Of a stretch of 58,874 bases of DNA, positions 9,781-19,104 are shown one piece after another (within the stretch, counting starts at the first letter, position 1; each line of letters begins with the position of its first letter). Position numbers and translations under genes: made by a program. The stretch is from positions 1 through 58,874 of the forward strand of contig JBOHLR010000001.1 of NCBI GenBank assembly GCA_050729555.1, read 5' to 3'. The notes under the pieces are model-generated. The model saw nothing but the letters and a program-made list of their open reading frames with translations. It ran no database searches and had not been told where the DNA came from. The DNA comes from Stellaceae bacterium. GTDB lineage: Bacteria; Pseudomonadota; Alphaproteobacteria; ATCC43930; CGMCC-115725.

Positions 9781-11625
9781 TCAACCGCGCAGGCAGAGCG
9801 GCGCCAAGGCGATGACTCGCGACCAATGACCGCCATCGGCGGACGGATATCGCCAATGATCGACAAGCGTCCAGCCGTTGCCCTCGTGCGCAAAGAGCGC
9901 CGCTTCGCCGGCGGGAACGCCGGTCATGCCCGATGGCGTGCACGAGATCACCGCCCATTGATCGGCGGCCAGTCCGGCGAACGGATCGGGCGCCAGCGTC
10001 GACACGTCATCGAGAATCAAGTTTGGCCGGCGCGGCGGCGTCATCCGCAGCAGACCTTCGAGGACGGGAAACAGACTGCCGCCGTCGCCCGGCAGGATCA
10101 GCGCGACCCGATCATCCCATCCGACCGCATCGGCAATGTGCCGCGCGAGACCCCAGGCGCGCAGCTGCGGCGTCTCGAGATCAAAGCGCAACCAATGTAT
10201 GAACCCGACCGGGCACACGACGTACACAACGATCGCCAGTACCGCCAATCGACCCCGATGCCGCGCTTGTTGCCGCTCAAACCATGCGCGCGACGGCCCG
10301 CGCAGCATCAGCACCAGCGTCACCATCAGCAATAGCGCTAGATGCGTGTTGTAGCGGAAGAACGAGTGCGCATCGGTTGTCATCTGGCCGCTGAAATGCC
10401 CGATATAGCTGACAAGCAGCGCCGCATTGTATATGAGCGCGACGACCAGCAAGATTAGGCCGGCACGCTGGCCTGCCGTGTCCAGGACCGGACGACGCCA
10501 CGCGCAAACCAGAAATCCGATCAGCGCGGCGACCAGCGGCCCGAAGAATACGATCTTCTCGCCAACGACGTGCGCGATCTGACCGAAGACGGTCGGCAAC
10601 AAATGCCACTGCCATTGACCCAACGGCATCCAGGTTAATTCGACATCGGGATTGGCAAAGCGCGCATGCACGTACCAGGTCCACGCGGCGCAGAGTATCG
10701 CGGCCGGGATTGCGGCGACGACTGCACGCTGGACGACGGCGCGACGCCGATCGCCGAGTGCCGGCGGCTGCAACGCCGCCGCGAGCACCATGCCGAACAC
10801 CAAGGCGATACTGTCCTGCTTGATTTCGATCAGCGCGGCAAGCGCCGCCGCGAACAACCAAGCCGATGCGTGATCGCGTCGCAAGACGAGATACCCGGCG
10901 ACGGCGAGTGCGACGGTCACCGACGGCTCGCTGTATCCCGACAGGTGATAGCGCGGCACGAACCCGGGATTGAGCGCCGTCGCCAGCAACAAGCCGAACG
11001 CGACCACGCTCCACGCCGGCGGTTCTGCCCGGTCGTCGCCGCCAACCACCAGACGGGCAAGCAACAACCCGGCGGCGAGTTGCAATGCCACGTTGAAAGC
11101 GATCAGCGCGACGAACGGAAACCGCAGCGTCACCAAGCCGGCGATCAGCGCGACGAATTGGAGATTGTAAGGCGCGGCTGGCAGCAGCGAATGCGCCGCC
11201 GCCCTTCCGGCGGCGGGAAACAGGCCGTGGTCATACAGGTAGGCGGCATTGGGGAGGAGATTGAGAAACGTATCGGGCTGGCTTGGCCGCGCCGACGCCA
11301 TGACGGCTAGCAACGGCAGCGACAGCAACAAGACACGCCCCAGTGCGCGCCAGTCCGCGGCCGTCAGCCGGCTTTGCGGCCAGATCAGGCCGAAACCCCC
11401 GGCTGCCGCCAGCGCGACGGCCGGAACGCGCAACGACACCGGCAGGACCACGCCCCAGACGGTGAGAACCCAGCACGCGACGCCCCATCCCGCGACTAGA
11501 GCGATTTCGGGCAATGCGCCGCCGCGACTCACCAAGCGACCAAGGCCGATGAATATTAGCGCCGCAAAGCCGACCGCGGCCCAACCGACAAGCTGAGCCA
11601 AGCTCGGCACCAGCAACGCGATCAT
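9781..11625 (-). CDS. Uncharacterised large polytopic membrane protein (614 aa) with a soluble C-terminal domain
   Basis: More than 10 hydrophobic segments are followed by about 130 non-hydrophobic residues (RFDLETPQLRAWGLARH...GWTLVDHWRYPSADGG). The ATG at 11625 overlaps the upstream gene's TGA (ATGA). Coding-like third-position GC bias runs throughout. I recognise no family. Confidence 0.7.
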   Translation of the reverse strand: MIALLVPSLAQLVGWAAVGFAALIFIGLGRLVSRGGALPEIALVAGWGVACWVLTVWGVVLPVSLRVPAVALAAAGGFGLIWPQSRLTAADWRALGRVLLLSLPLLAVMASARPSQPDTFLNLLPNAAYLYDHGLFPAAGRAAAHSLLPAAPYNLQFVALIAGLVTLRFPFVALIAFNVALQLAAGLLLARLVVGGDDRAEPPAWSVVAFGLLLATALNPGFVPRYHLSGYSEPSVTVALAVAGYLVLRRDHASAWLFAAALAALIEIKQDSIALVFGMVLAAALQPPALGDRRRAVVQRAVVAAIPAAILCAAWTWYVHARFANPDVELTWMPLGQWQWHLLPTVFGQIAHVVGEKIVFFGPLVAALIGFLVCAWRRPVLDTAGQRAGLILLVVALIYNAALLVSYIGHFSGQMTTDAHSFFRYNTHLALLLMVTLVLMLRGPSRAWFERQQARHRGRLAVLAIVVYVVCPVGFIHWLRFDLETPQLRAWGLARHIADAVGWDDRVALILPGDGGSLFPVLEGLLRMTPPRRPNLILDDVSTLAPDPFAGLAADQWAVISCTPSGMTGVPAGEAALFAHEGNGWTLVDHWRYPSADGGHWSRVIALAPLCLRG

Positions 11626-13202
11626 GGCGGCGCCCCAGGCAGACGGTAGATCTGGAAGCGCGGCGAGATGAAAACCGGTTGCAAGCCGCTGCCGGCGCGC
11701 GGCGTAAACGGCTGTCGGCCGGCGAACGTGATGTAGCGGCACTGCGCCAATGCCCGCGCAACCTCCGGCGGCAGCGGCACGCCGCCGCCGACGTAGAAAC
11801 GCCACAGCGCACCGGCCGAGAGCTGATCCGCGATCGCGCCGTACGCGCGCGTGAACGCAACCGGCTGCTGCGTGGCGTAAGTGAACAGGGTGGGTACGAA
11901 GGCGTCGCGGCGCGCTATCGCGAGGACCGGAAAATGCAGCAGCGGCGTGGCCTCGACGTTGACTTCAGCGTCGGCGAACGCGACCGCGACGGGCGCGCCG
12001 ACCGGCAACGTATCGAGGCCAGCCAGCAGATCGGCGTAAAGTGCGCCGCTGCCCTGCCACATGGCCGCGATGACGCCCATCCGCAACGCGAACAAGGCGA
12101 AGGCGGCGGAAAGGAACAGCCGCCCTTGCCGCGCAAACGGCGCCTGCCAGGCGCTGCCGCCGATCAACAGCAACGCCATCGCGAGTGGCATCCGACGATC
12201 GGCGCCGGTGGCGCCGAATAACGTGTCGGGCATCACGACATAGAGCAATGCGAGAACCATCAGCGGCGCCGCAGTCGCCGACGCGACACGCAACCACCCC
12301 CGCCAATAGGCGTATGCGGCGCCGATCACCGCCAAGGCGAAACAGGCGATATCGAACGGTCGGCTATAGAGGTCGAAGACACTGAACGGCAGATCGAGCT
12401 TGCGGACCGGCCGCGCAAAACGAATGCCCGATCCAATCGCCGTCGCCGCGTGCAACGGCACGAACTCGATCGCGAACAGCGCCAGGCCCGGCAGGAAAGA
12501 CAAGAGCAGCACGAGCACGGCGCCAGCGGTCGCCCCCGGCGCGGCGCGGTCGCGCCATAGCCGGCCAGCCTCGTAGCCCGCAACCATTGCGCCGAAGATG
12601 CCAAACGCCATCAGATGCGCGAAATAGACAGCGAGCGCCGCGAGCACGCCGAAGCCCAGCCGCACGGCGATACCGCGTTCGCGCAACGCAATCCAGCCGG
12701 CGAGCGCCCAGAATGCAAAACCCAGACCGAATAGAAAATTGACGAAGCCCCACAGCAGCAATCGGTTGTAAACCAGGAGGAACGCCGTCAGCGGCCACGC
12801 CGACCAGCGTCGATGCAACGTGCGATGAAGCACGGCGACGCCGCCGGTCGACGAAAAATACGTCGCGACGAGAAACAATTTGCCGGCAGTCGACAACGAC
12901 ACCACGCCGAGCAGCGGCGGCACGAGCACGTCCATCGCCAGATCGGGCAGCGGCCGCCACGCCAGCGCGTAGTATTGCCGCAGCGTCGGCGAGCCGCTCA
13001 AGGCGGCGAGCAAGTGCATGCGCGCAAGATGGTTCGGATAGTCGACGAGGGGCGGTAGCGGAGTCAGAAGCAGCGGAAAGCAGGCGACCAACAGCAAGGC
13101 CACGAACGCGGTGGCAAAGACGCGGAACGGCATGCCCGCAAAATCGATCCCGCCCCGATCCGACACCGCATCTCCATTCGCCACGCGCCGGGAGATTTCC
13201 AT
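11622..13202 (-). CDS. Uncharacterised large polytopic membrane protein (about 526 aa) with a soluble C-terminal domain
   Basis: After the first TM comes PPLVDYPNHLARMHLL. More than 10 hydrophobic segments are followed by about 145 non-hydrophobic residues (LDTLPVGAPVAVAFADAEVNVEATPLLHFPVLAIARRDAFVPTLF...). The start is uncertain (ATG at 13202, 13133 or 13256). I recognise no family. Confidence 0.65.
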   Translation of the reverse strand: MEISRRVANGDAVSDRGGIDFAGMPFRVFATAFVALLLVACFPLLLTPLPPLVDYPNHLARMHLLAALSGSPTLRQYYALAWRPLPDLAMDVLVPPLLGVVSLSTAGKLFLVATYFSSTGGVAVLHRTLHRRWSAWPLTAFLLVYNRLLLWGFVNFLFGLGFAFWALAGWIALRERGIAVRLGFGVLAALAVYFAHLMAFGIFGAMVAGYEAGRLWRDRAAPGATAGAVLVLLLSFLPGLALFAIEFVPLHAATAIGSGIRFARPVRKLDLPFSVFDLYSRPFDIACFALAVIGAAYAYWRGWLRVASATAAPLMVLALLYVVMPDTLFGATGADRRMPLAMALLLIGGSAWQAPFARQGRLFLSAAFALFALRMGVIAAMWQGSGALYADLLAGLDTLPVGAPVAVAFADAEVNVEATPLLHFPVLAIARRDAFVPTLFTYATQQPVAFTRAYGAIADQLSAGALWRFYVGGGVPLPPEVARALAQCRYITFAGRQPFTPRAGSGLQPVFISPRFQIYRLPGAPP

Positions 13203-13302
13203 GCCGTCGGTCCGCCCGCAAGTCGCTTCGCCCGGCGGACGAATCGCCCAATCCATCGCGCAGACGCGGCAATTCCCGCTATGGCCGAAGGCGCGCCGCA
13301 CC

Positions 13303-13308
13303 TATAAT
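13303..13308 (+). promoter_or_regulatory. Candidate -10 box (perfect TATAAT) 8 nt upstream of the lptF ATG
   Basis: The sequence is ccTATAATcgcgcgtcATG. There is no convincing -35 box and no room for a Shine-Dalgarno sequence. This implies either a leaderless lptF mRNA or use of the second ATG at 13326. Confidence 0.3.
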
Positions 13309-13316
13309 CGCGCGTC

Positions 13317-14420
13317 ATGGACCGGATGACCTGGTACTTGTTCCGCCAAACCCTGATCGTGACGCTTTCGGTCGGCGTCATCTTCAGCGCGGCGGTGTGG
13401 CTTTTGCAGTCGCTGCGCCTCGTCGACTTGATCGTCAATCGCGGGCTTTCGATCGGACTTTTTCTCTATCTTGCGGTCTTGATCCTGCCGCGTTTCGTTG
13501 ACGTCGTTCTGCCGATCGCGGTGTTCACGGCGATCATCTTCATCTACGCGAAACTCATCGCCGAAAGCGAGCTCGTGGTTATGCGCGCTTCGGGCATGAG
13601 CCAGTGGGCGCTGGCCAAGCCGGCGCTAATGGTCGGCGCCGCCGGTTTAATCACCCTCTATGCGATGGCCTTCTACTTCCTGCCGGCATCCAATCGCGCG
13701 TTCAAGGATCTGCAATTCGAGATCCGCAACAAGTTCGCCACGGCCCTCATTCAGGAAGGCGTGTTCAACACGCTCTCGGACACGTTGATGGTCTATGTCA
13801 AAGAGCGGGATGCCAAAGGCGATCTGCTCGGCTTGCTGATCGAGAATACCACCGACAAGGACAAGCCCATCACGATAACGGCCGAGCGCGGCGCACTCGT
13901 CGAAACGCCGGAGGGACCGCGCATCCTTATGGTGAACGGAACGCGCCAAATATTCGATCACCTTACCGGCAAGCTGTCGTCACTGTCGTTCAAAAGCTAC
14001 ACGCTCGACCTGTCGGAGATGCAGAGCGCGCCGACGCTGCGCGACCGCCAGCCGGATGAACTCTATCTCGGCGAACTGCTCGACAATCTCAACAACCGAG
14101 CACTCATGGTCGAGCTCAACATGCGGCTCTCGGGTCCGTTGATGGCGTTGTCGATGGCGGCCATTCCCATCCTGTGCCTACTGCCAGGCGAATTCAATCG
14201 CCGCGGCCAAGCGCGCCGCATCCTCATGGCCATCGCCGCCGCTTTGGCGATGGAGATCGTCGATGTCGGCCTGACTAATCTGGCGCGCAGCACGTTGACG
14301 GTCATCCCGCTTATCTATGCCAACGCCATCGGGCCATTCCTCGCGGCGCTGTGGCTCTGCTGGCGCTCGGCCGCCGCGCCGCTACCAGCCGGATTTTTCG
14401 TGCGGCGCGCGATCCGGTAG
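13317..14420 (+). CDS. lptF: LPS export ABC transporter permease LptF
   Basis: N-terminus is YLFRQTLIVTLSVGVIFSAAVWLLQSLRLVDLIV. The YjgP/YjgQ architecture is present (3 TM, periplasmic beta-jellyroll, 3 TM). It is followed by lptG and lptD. Confidence 0.9.
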   Translation: MDRMTWYLFRQTLIVTLSVGVIFSAAVWLLQSLRLVDLIVNRGLSIGLFLYLAVLILPRFVDVVLPIAVFTAIIFIYAKLIAESELVVMRASGMSQWALAKPALMVGAAGLITLYAMAFYFLPASNRAFKDLQFEIRNKFATALIQEGVFNTLSDTLMVYVKERDAKGDLLGLLIENTTDKDKPITITAERGALVETPEGPRILMVNGTRQIFDHLTGKLSSLSFKSYTLDLSEMQSAPTLRDRQPDELYLGELLDNLNNRALMVELNMRLSGPLMALSMAAIPILCLLPGEFNRRGQARRILMAIAAALAMEIVDVGLTNLARSTLTVIPLIYANAIGPFLAALWLCWRSAAAPLPAGFFVRRAIR

Positions 14421-14425
14421 CTGCT

Positions 14426-15520
14426 ATGTCGCCTTGGAAAACGCTTTTCCGTTACATCGCGCGCCAGTTCCTGATCTGGTTCTTCGGCGTCTTCCTGACG
14501 ATGATGGCGATCGTGTTCATGCTCGACTACGTCGAGCTGATCCGACGCGCCGGCACTAAAGCCGACGTCACGTTGCTGGTTCTGCTGAAACTCGCGCTGC
14601 TCAAACAGCCCTATATGGCGCAGCAGGTTCTGCCATTCGCCGTCCTGTTCGGCACCATGATGGTGTTCTGGCGGCTGACGCGGAGCCATGAGCTTGTCGT
14701 CGCACGCTCCTCAGGAATCTCGGCTTGGCAGTTCGTCGCGCCGCCGTTGGCGGGCGCATTCCTGATCGGTGTTCTCTCGGTCACGCTCTTCAACCCGATT
14801 GCATCGGTCACGCAGGCGAGTTACGAGACCTTGGAAAACCGTGTGCTCGGCGGAAACCCGCAATTCGCGCTGTCGAGTACCGGCCTTTGGCTGCGCCAGA
14901 GCGACAACAACGGCAATCCGTCGATCGTTCACGCCGAGCGGTTCGTGCTGCCGCAACGCGCGCTGCACGATGTCATGTTCCTCTTCCTGGCACACGATAC
15001 GCGCCTCGAGCGTCGGATCGATGCCGAGCAGGCGACGCTCGGATCGGGCGTCTGGACGGTGCGCGATGGCACCGATTGGTCGCCGAACAGCCAGCCGCGG
15101 CAATTCGCTGAGCTGACCATCCCCACCAACCTGACCCCGGTCAAGATCCAGGACAGCTTTGCGCCGCCGGAGACCATGTCGTTCTGGGAGCTGCCCGGTT
15201 TCATTCGCCTGCTCGAGGCATCCGGTTTCTCGTCGCAGCGCCATCAGCTTTATTTCGATACGCTATTGGCGAGGCCGCTCTTGTTGGCGGCCATGGTGCT
15301 GATCGCCGCCAGCTTTAGTTTGCGTATGCAACGCGCCGGCGGCGCGACGTTGATGATTGCCGTGGGCATCGCCAGCGGGTTCCTGCTTTATTTCCTGTCG
15401 GATATCGTATTCGCCCTCGGGCTGTCAGCGACTATTCCGACGATGCTCGCGGCCTGGACACCGGCCGGGGTATCTTGGCTTGTCGGAGTCAGTCTACTGC
15501 TGCATCTCGAAGACGGCTGA
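14426..15520 (+). CDS. lptG: LPS export ABC transporter permease LptG
   Basis: N-terminus is MSPWKTLFRYIARQFLIWFFGVFLTMMAIVFMLDYVELI. It is a YjgP/YjgQ family paralogue directly after lptF. Start reset from 14351. Confidence 0.9.
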   Translation: MSPWKTLFRYIARQFLIWFFGVFLTMMAIVFMLDYVELIRRAGTKADVTLLVLLKLALLKQPYMAQQVLPFAVLFGTMMVFWRLTRSHELVVARSSGISAWQFVAPPLAGAFLIGVLSVTLFNPIASVTQASYETLENRVLGGNPQFALSSTGLWLRQSDNNGNPSIVHAERFVLPQRALHDVMFLFLAHDTRLERRIDAEQATLGSGVWTVRDGTDWSPNSQPRQFAELTIPTNLTPVKIQDSFAPPETMSFWELPGFIRLLEASGFSSQRHQLYFDTLLARPLLLAAMVLIAASFSLRMQRAGGATLMIAVGIASGFLLYFLSDIVFALGLSATIPTMLAAWTPAGVSWLVGVSLLLHLEDG

Positions 15521-15524
15521 GGGT

Positions 15525-17747
15525 ATGAGTGGGGGGAAGTCGTTCGCCGGATTTGTAGGCGTCGCCGCGCTTGTCGCTGCGGCGTCGCCGGCGGTGGCGC
15601 AAAGTACCGCGCATGCGTCAAACAAGCCGATCCTCTTCCAAGCCGACCAGGTGGAATACGATCAGGATCTCGGCCTGACGGTCGCCCGCGGCCACGTCGA
15701 GCTCGATCAGTCCGATCAGATTCTTCTGGCGGATACCGTCACCTATAATCAGCGCACCGACACGGTCACGGCATCGGGGCATGTCAGTCTGTTGCAGCCG
15801 GGTGGCGATATCGTGTTCTCCGACTACATGGAGCTGCACGACAACATGCGTGAAGGCTTCATCAAGGATGTCCGTATTCTGCTCTCGGACGGTTCGCGCC
15901 TCGCTGCGAACACCGGCCGCCGCGTCGAAGGGAACCGGACAGAAATGCGGCGCGGCGTATATTCGCCTTGCGAGTTGTGCGCCAGCGACCCAACAAGACC
16001 GCCGGTATGGCAGATCGAGGCCGCGCGCATTGTCCACGACAAACAGCAACAAATCGTCGAGTACCACGATGCGATCATGGAGCTCGACGGCTGGCCCATC
16101 TTCTATTCACCGTATTTCTCCCATCCCGATCCGTCGGTAAAGCGGGCATCAGGTTTCCTGCCGCCGTCTTTTGGCGCCGGTGGCACGCTCGGCTTTCACA
16201 TCACGCAGCCTTATTTCTGGGCGATCGCACCCGATAAGGATCTCACCATACGTCCCATGTTGACGACCAACGCCGGCGACGTCCTCGACGGCGAATACCG
16301 GCAGGCGTGGGGTTTCGGGAAACTCGACATCGACGGCAGTATCGAGGCCGGCGACGCTCAGGTTCAGACCAACCCGCTCGGTGTGCCTAACACGACCGAT
16401 TCAGCAACGTCGATCCGCGGTCACCTTTTCGGTACCGGCACGTTCGACCTCAACAACGACTGGCGTACTGGGTTCGATGTTCAGCGCGTGTCCGACCAAG
16501 CCTATCTCCTCAAATATCACTTACCAATTGGCTTCACGCTGCCGACCAACTTCCTCACCAGCCAGATTTATACTGAGGATTTCGGCACGCGCAGCTACGG
16601 CAACATCAGCGCTTATTCGTTTCAAAGTCTGAACTCGCTGGTTGGCGACGGCATCCAGCCGATCGTCGCGCCGGTCGCAACCTACGACTGGACCAGCCCA
16701 GCCGATCCCATCGGCGGTCGCCTCGAATTGACCGGCAACGCCCTTAATCTCGAACGGCACAGCGGCCCCGATATTCGGCGCATTGCGACAAGAGCGGATT
16801 GGCGGCTGCCGTTCGATGGACCGCTCGGCGATCGTTATCAGTTTTCGATGTCCTTGCGCGCAGATGGCTACGATTCCGACAATGTCCAATCCACGCAAAA
16901 CGCGCAGGTGCTTCGTTCTGGCACCACCGGCCGTGTATTTCCACAAGGTGCGCTGCTGTGGCGTTATCCGTGGGTTCGCAGCGACGGTGCTACCAACGAG
17001 GTGATCGAGCCGATGGCCGGATTCATCGCCGCGCCCAACGGCGGCAATCCGGCGATCATCCCCAACGAGGACAGCGCAGGCTTCGAGTTCGACGAGACCA
17101 GCCTGTTCCGGCCGGACCGGCTGCCGGGCTACGACCGCGTCGACAGCGGGCAACGCGTCGATTACGGCCTACACACCGGAATCTACAATGCCGAATACGG
17201 CAGCAGCAGCCTCTTGATCGGCCAAAGCTACCGGTTGGAAAAAAGCAGCCCATTCGATATCGGTAGCGGCCTCGAGAATCAGGTATCTGATGTCGTGGGC
17301 GGATTGCTGCTCTCACCGTCGACATTTCTCGACTTGTACTATCGCATGCGCCTCGATCACGCGACCTTGGCCATGCGCCGACAGGAAACCGGCTTTACGA
17401 CGGGACCGGCCAATCTGCGTGTGAGCGGCTCGTTCATTTCATTCAAATCGATACCGGGCCTGACCTCGCCCTTGACGATCGGCGACCAGATCAGTGTCGC
17501 TGTGTCTACGGCACTGACACAATATTGGTTCCTCGGCGTTCACGATACGCGCAACATCAGCCAAGGCGGCAACACTGTCTATTCGGGCGTCGACCTGACG
17601 TACCGCGACGATTGTTTCACAGTTACCACGTCGCTCCAGCAATCCGGCGTGCAACTTGGTGATGTCCATCCCGGCACCAGCGTTCTGGTCACATTTGTGT
17701 TCAAAAACCTGGGCGAAGCCGGCACAAAAGTGCTATCTGCCCAGTAA
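15525..17747 (+). CDS. lptD: LPS-assembly outer membrane protein LptD
   Basis: Signal peptide is MSGGKSFAGFVGVAALVAAASPAVAQ. An OstA-like N-domain (ILFQADQVEYDQDLGLTVARGHVEL...DTVTASGHV) is followed by a large beta-barrel. Start reset from 15357. Confidence 0.92.
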   Translation: MSGGKSFAGFVGVAALVAAASPAVAQSTAHASNKPILFQADQVEYDQDLGLTVARGHVELDQSDQILLADTVTYNQRTDTVTASGHVSLLQPGGDIVFSDYMELHDNMREGFIKDVRILLSDGSRLAANTGRRVEGNRTEMRRGVYSPCELCASDPTRPPVWQIEAARIVHDKQQQIVEYHDAIMELDGWPIFYSPYFSHPDPSVKRASGFLPPSFGAGGTLGFHITQPYFWAIAPDKDLTIRPMLTTNAGDVLDGEYRQAWGFGKLDIDGSIEAGDAQVQTNPLGVPNTTDSATSIRGHLFGTGTFDLNNDWRTGFDVQRVSDQAYLLKYHLPIGFTLPTNFLTSQIYTEDFGTRSYGNISAYSFQSLNSLVGDGIQPIVAPVATYDWTSPADPIGGRLELTGNALNLERHSGPDIRRIATRADWRLPFDGPLGDRYQFSMSLRADGYDSDNVQSTQNAQVLRSGTTGRVFPQGALLWRYPWVRSDGATNEVIEPMAGFIAAPNGGNPAIIPNEDSAGFEFDETSLFRPDRLPGYDRVDSGQRVDYGLHTGIYNAEYGSSSLLIGQSYRLEKSSPFDIGSGLENQVSDVVGGLLLSPSTFLDLYYRMRLDHATLAMRRQETGFTTGPANLRVSGSFISFKSIPGLTSPLTIGDQISVAVSTALTQYWFLGVHDTRNISQGGNTVYSGVDLTYRDDCFTVTTSLQQSGVQLGDVHPGTSVLVTFVFKNLGEAGTKVLSAQ

Positions 17748-17847
17748 CAACCTGAATTCGTCGACAGTAGGAAAACCGCGGCCGACCAGTGTATCTTCCG
17801 TATCCGGAGACGCTTGGCCCCCGACCAGACGAGACCTTTGTCAGACC

Positions 17848-19104
17848 ATGAAGCTGTTGCTTTCACTTGTCCTATTGGCGTGCGTTGCCGTCGGCGCCCA
17901 GGCGCAGGAAGAAAACCGCATCGCTGCCGTCGTCAACAACGACATCATCAGCATGGACGACCTTTCGTCGCGCGTCTCCCTGCTGCTGGCGTCGTCCAAT
18001 ATTCCCGACACACCCGCCAATCGTCAGCGGCTGGAACCGCGCGTCCTGCATCAGATGATTGACGAGAATCTCGAAGTGCAGGAGGCCAAGCGGCTCAACG
18101 TAACCGTAACACAAGAAGAGATCGACAACGCGATCGCCAGAATCGAGCAACGCAACAACATGCCGAAGGGTGGGCTCGATGCATATCTCAAGCGGGCGGG
18201 CGTTCCGAAGACAGCACTGACCAGTGAGCTGACCGCTGAAATCGCCTGGTCAAAGGTCGTGCACAATCAGCTCTCGGAGGACGTGTCGGTGTCCGACGAG
18301 GAAATTAACGAGGCGATGGCGCAGATCAAACAAGACGTAGGACAACCGCAAAGCCACGTTGCCGAAATCTATCTGGCGATTGACAACCCCTCACAGGCCC
18401 AAGACGTCGAGCGCCTCGCCAACCAACTCATCCAACAAATCCGTGCCGGGGCCAATTTCTCCGCGGTTGCTCAGCAGTTTTCTCAGTCGCCGAGTTCCGC
18501 GGCCGGCGGCGATATCGGTTGGGTGACACCGAGCCAGCTGCCATCGCTCCTGGGCCAGGCTCTTGGTAAGATGAACCCGGGCGAAATGTCCTATCCGCTC
18601 CGGACGCCTGGCGGGTATTACATCCTCTATATGGTCGACCGTCGAATCCCCGGCCAGGTCAACCCGAACGACGTGCACCTGGGGTTGACGCAGGTCATCT
18701 TCCCGCTGCCGCCGACCGTGGGACCTGCCCAGGAACAGCACGTTATGGCCGAGGCCCAGCAGGTCTCTGATACGGCGAAGAGCTGCGGCGAACTGGCGAA
18801 ACTCGGCCGCGATCACAATCCGCCGCTGACGACGCGCAACGGTGACGTCACCGCCGCGCAACTGCCGCCGGATATTCGCCCCCAGATCTTGCAGTTGAAG
18901 CTCGCCGAAGCCAGCAAACCGGTCCGGCTTAGCACGACGCCTGGCGTCGCCGTCTTCATGGTGTGCTCGCGCAACGAACCGAACACCGGCATGCCGACCC
19001 GCGAGCAGGTGGGCGAGAACCTCGCGCGGGCGCGGCTCGACGCGCTGTCGCGTCGTTACTTATTGGACCTTCATCGCTCGGCCTACGTCGACATCCGGGC
19101 ATGA
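17848..19104 (+). CDS. surA: Periplasmic chaperone / peptidyl-prolyl isomerase SurA
   Basis: Signal peptide is MKLLLSLVLLACVAVGAQAQ. A SurA N-domain (RIAAVVNNDIISMDDL) and a parvulin domain (FSAVAQQFSQSPSSAAGGDIGWV) are present. It sits in the conserved lptD-surA-pdxA-rsmA order. Confidence 0.9.
   Translation: MKLLLSLVLLACVAVGAQAQEENRIAAVVNNDIISMDDLSSRVSLLLASSNIPDTPANRQRLEPRVLHQMIDENLEVQEAKRLNVTVTQEEIDNAIARIEQRNNMPKGGLDAYLKRAGVPKTALTSELTAEIAWSKVVHNQLSEDVSVSDEEINEAMAQIKQDVGQPQSHVAEIYLAIDNPSQAQDVERLANQLIQQIRAGANFSAVAQQFSQSPSSAAGGDIGWVTPSQLPSLLGQALGKMNPGEMSYPLRTPGGYYILYMVDRRIPGQVNPNDVHLGLTQVIFPLPPTVGPAQEQHVMAEAQQVSDTAKSCGELAKLGRDHNPPLTTRNGDVTAAQLPPDIRPQILQLKLAEASKPVRLSTTPGVAVFMVCSRNEPNTGMPTREQVGENLARARLDALSRRYLLDLHRSAYVDIRA

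Noticed and set aside
15357-19104. N-terminal extensions in the ORF track (for example lptD from 15357, surA from 17656, pdxA from 18963, pepA from 9893, fabG from 26298, yicC from 22832)
   Set aside because: The extensions overlap the preceding genes and are Arg-rich. They precede obvious signal peptides or conserved N-termini, and downstream ATG/GTG starts give ATGA/GTGA coupling or have an SD. The shorter models were adopted.
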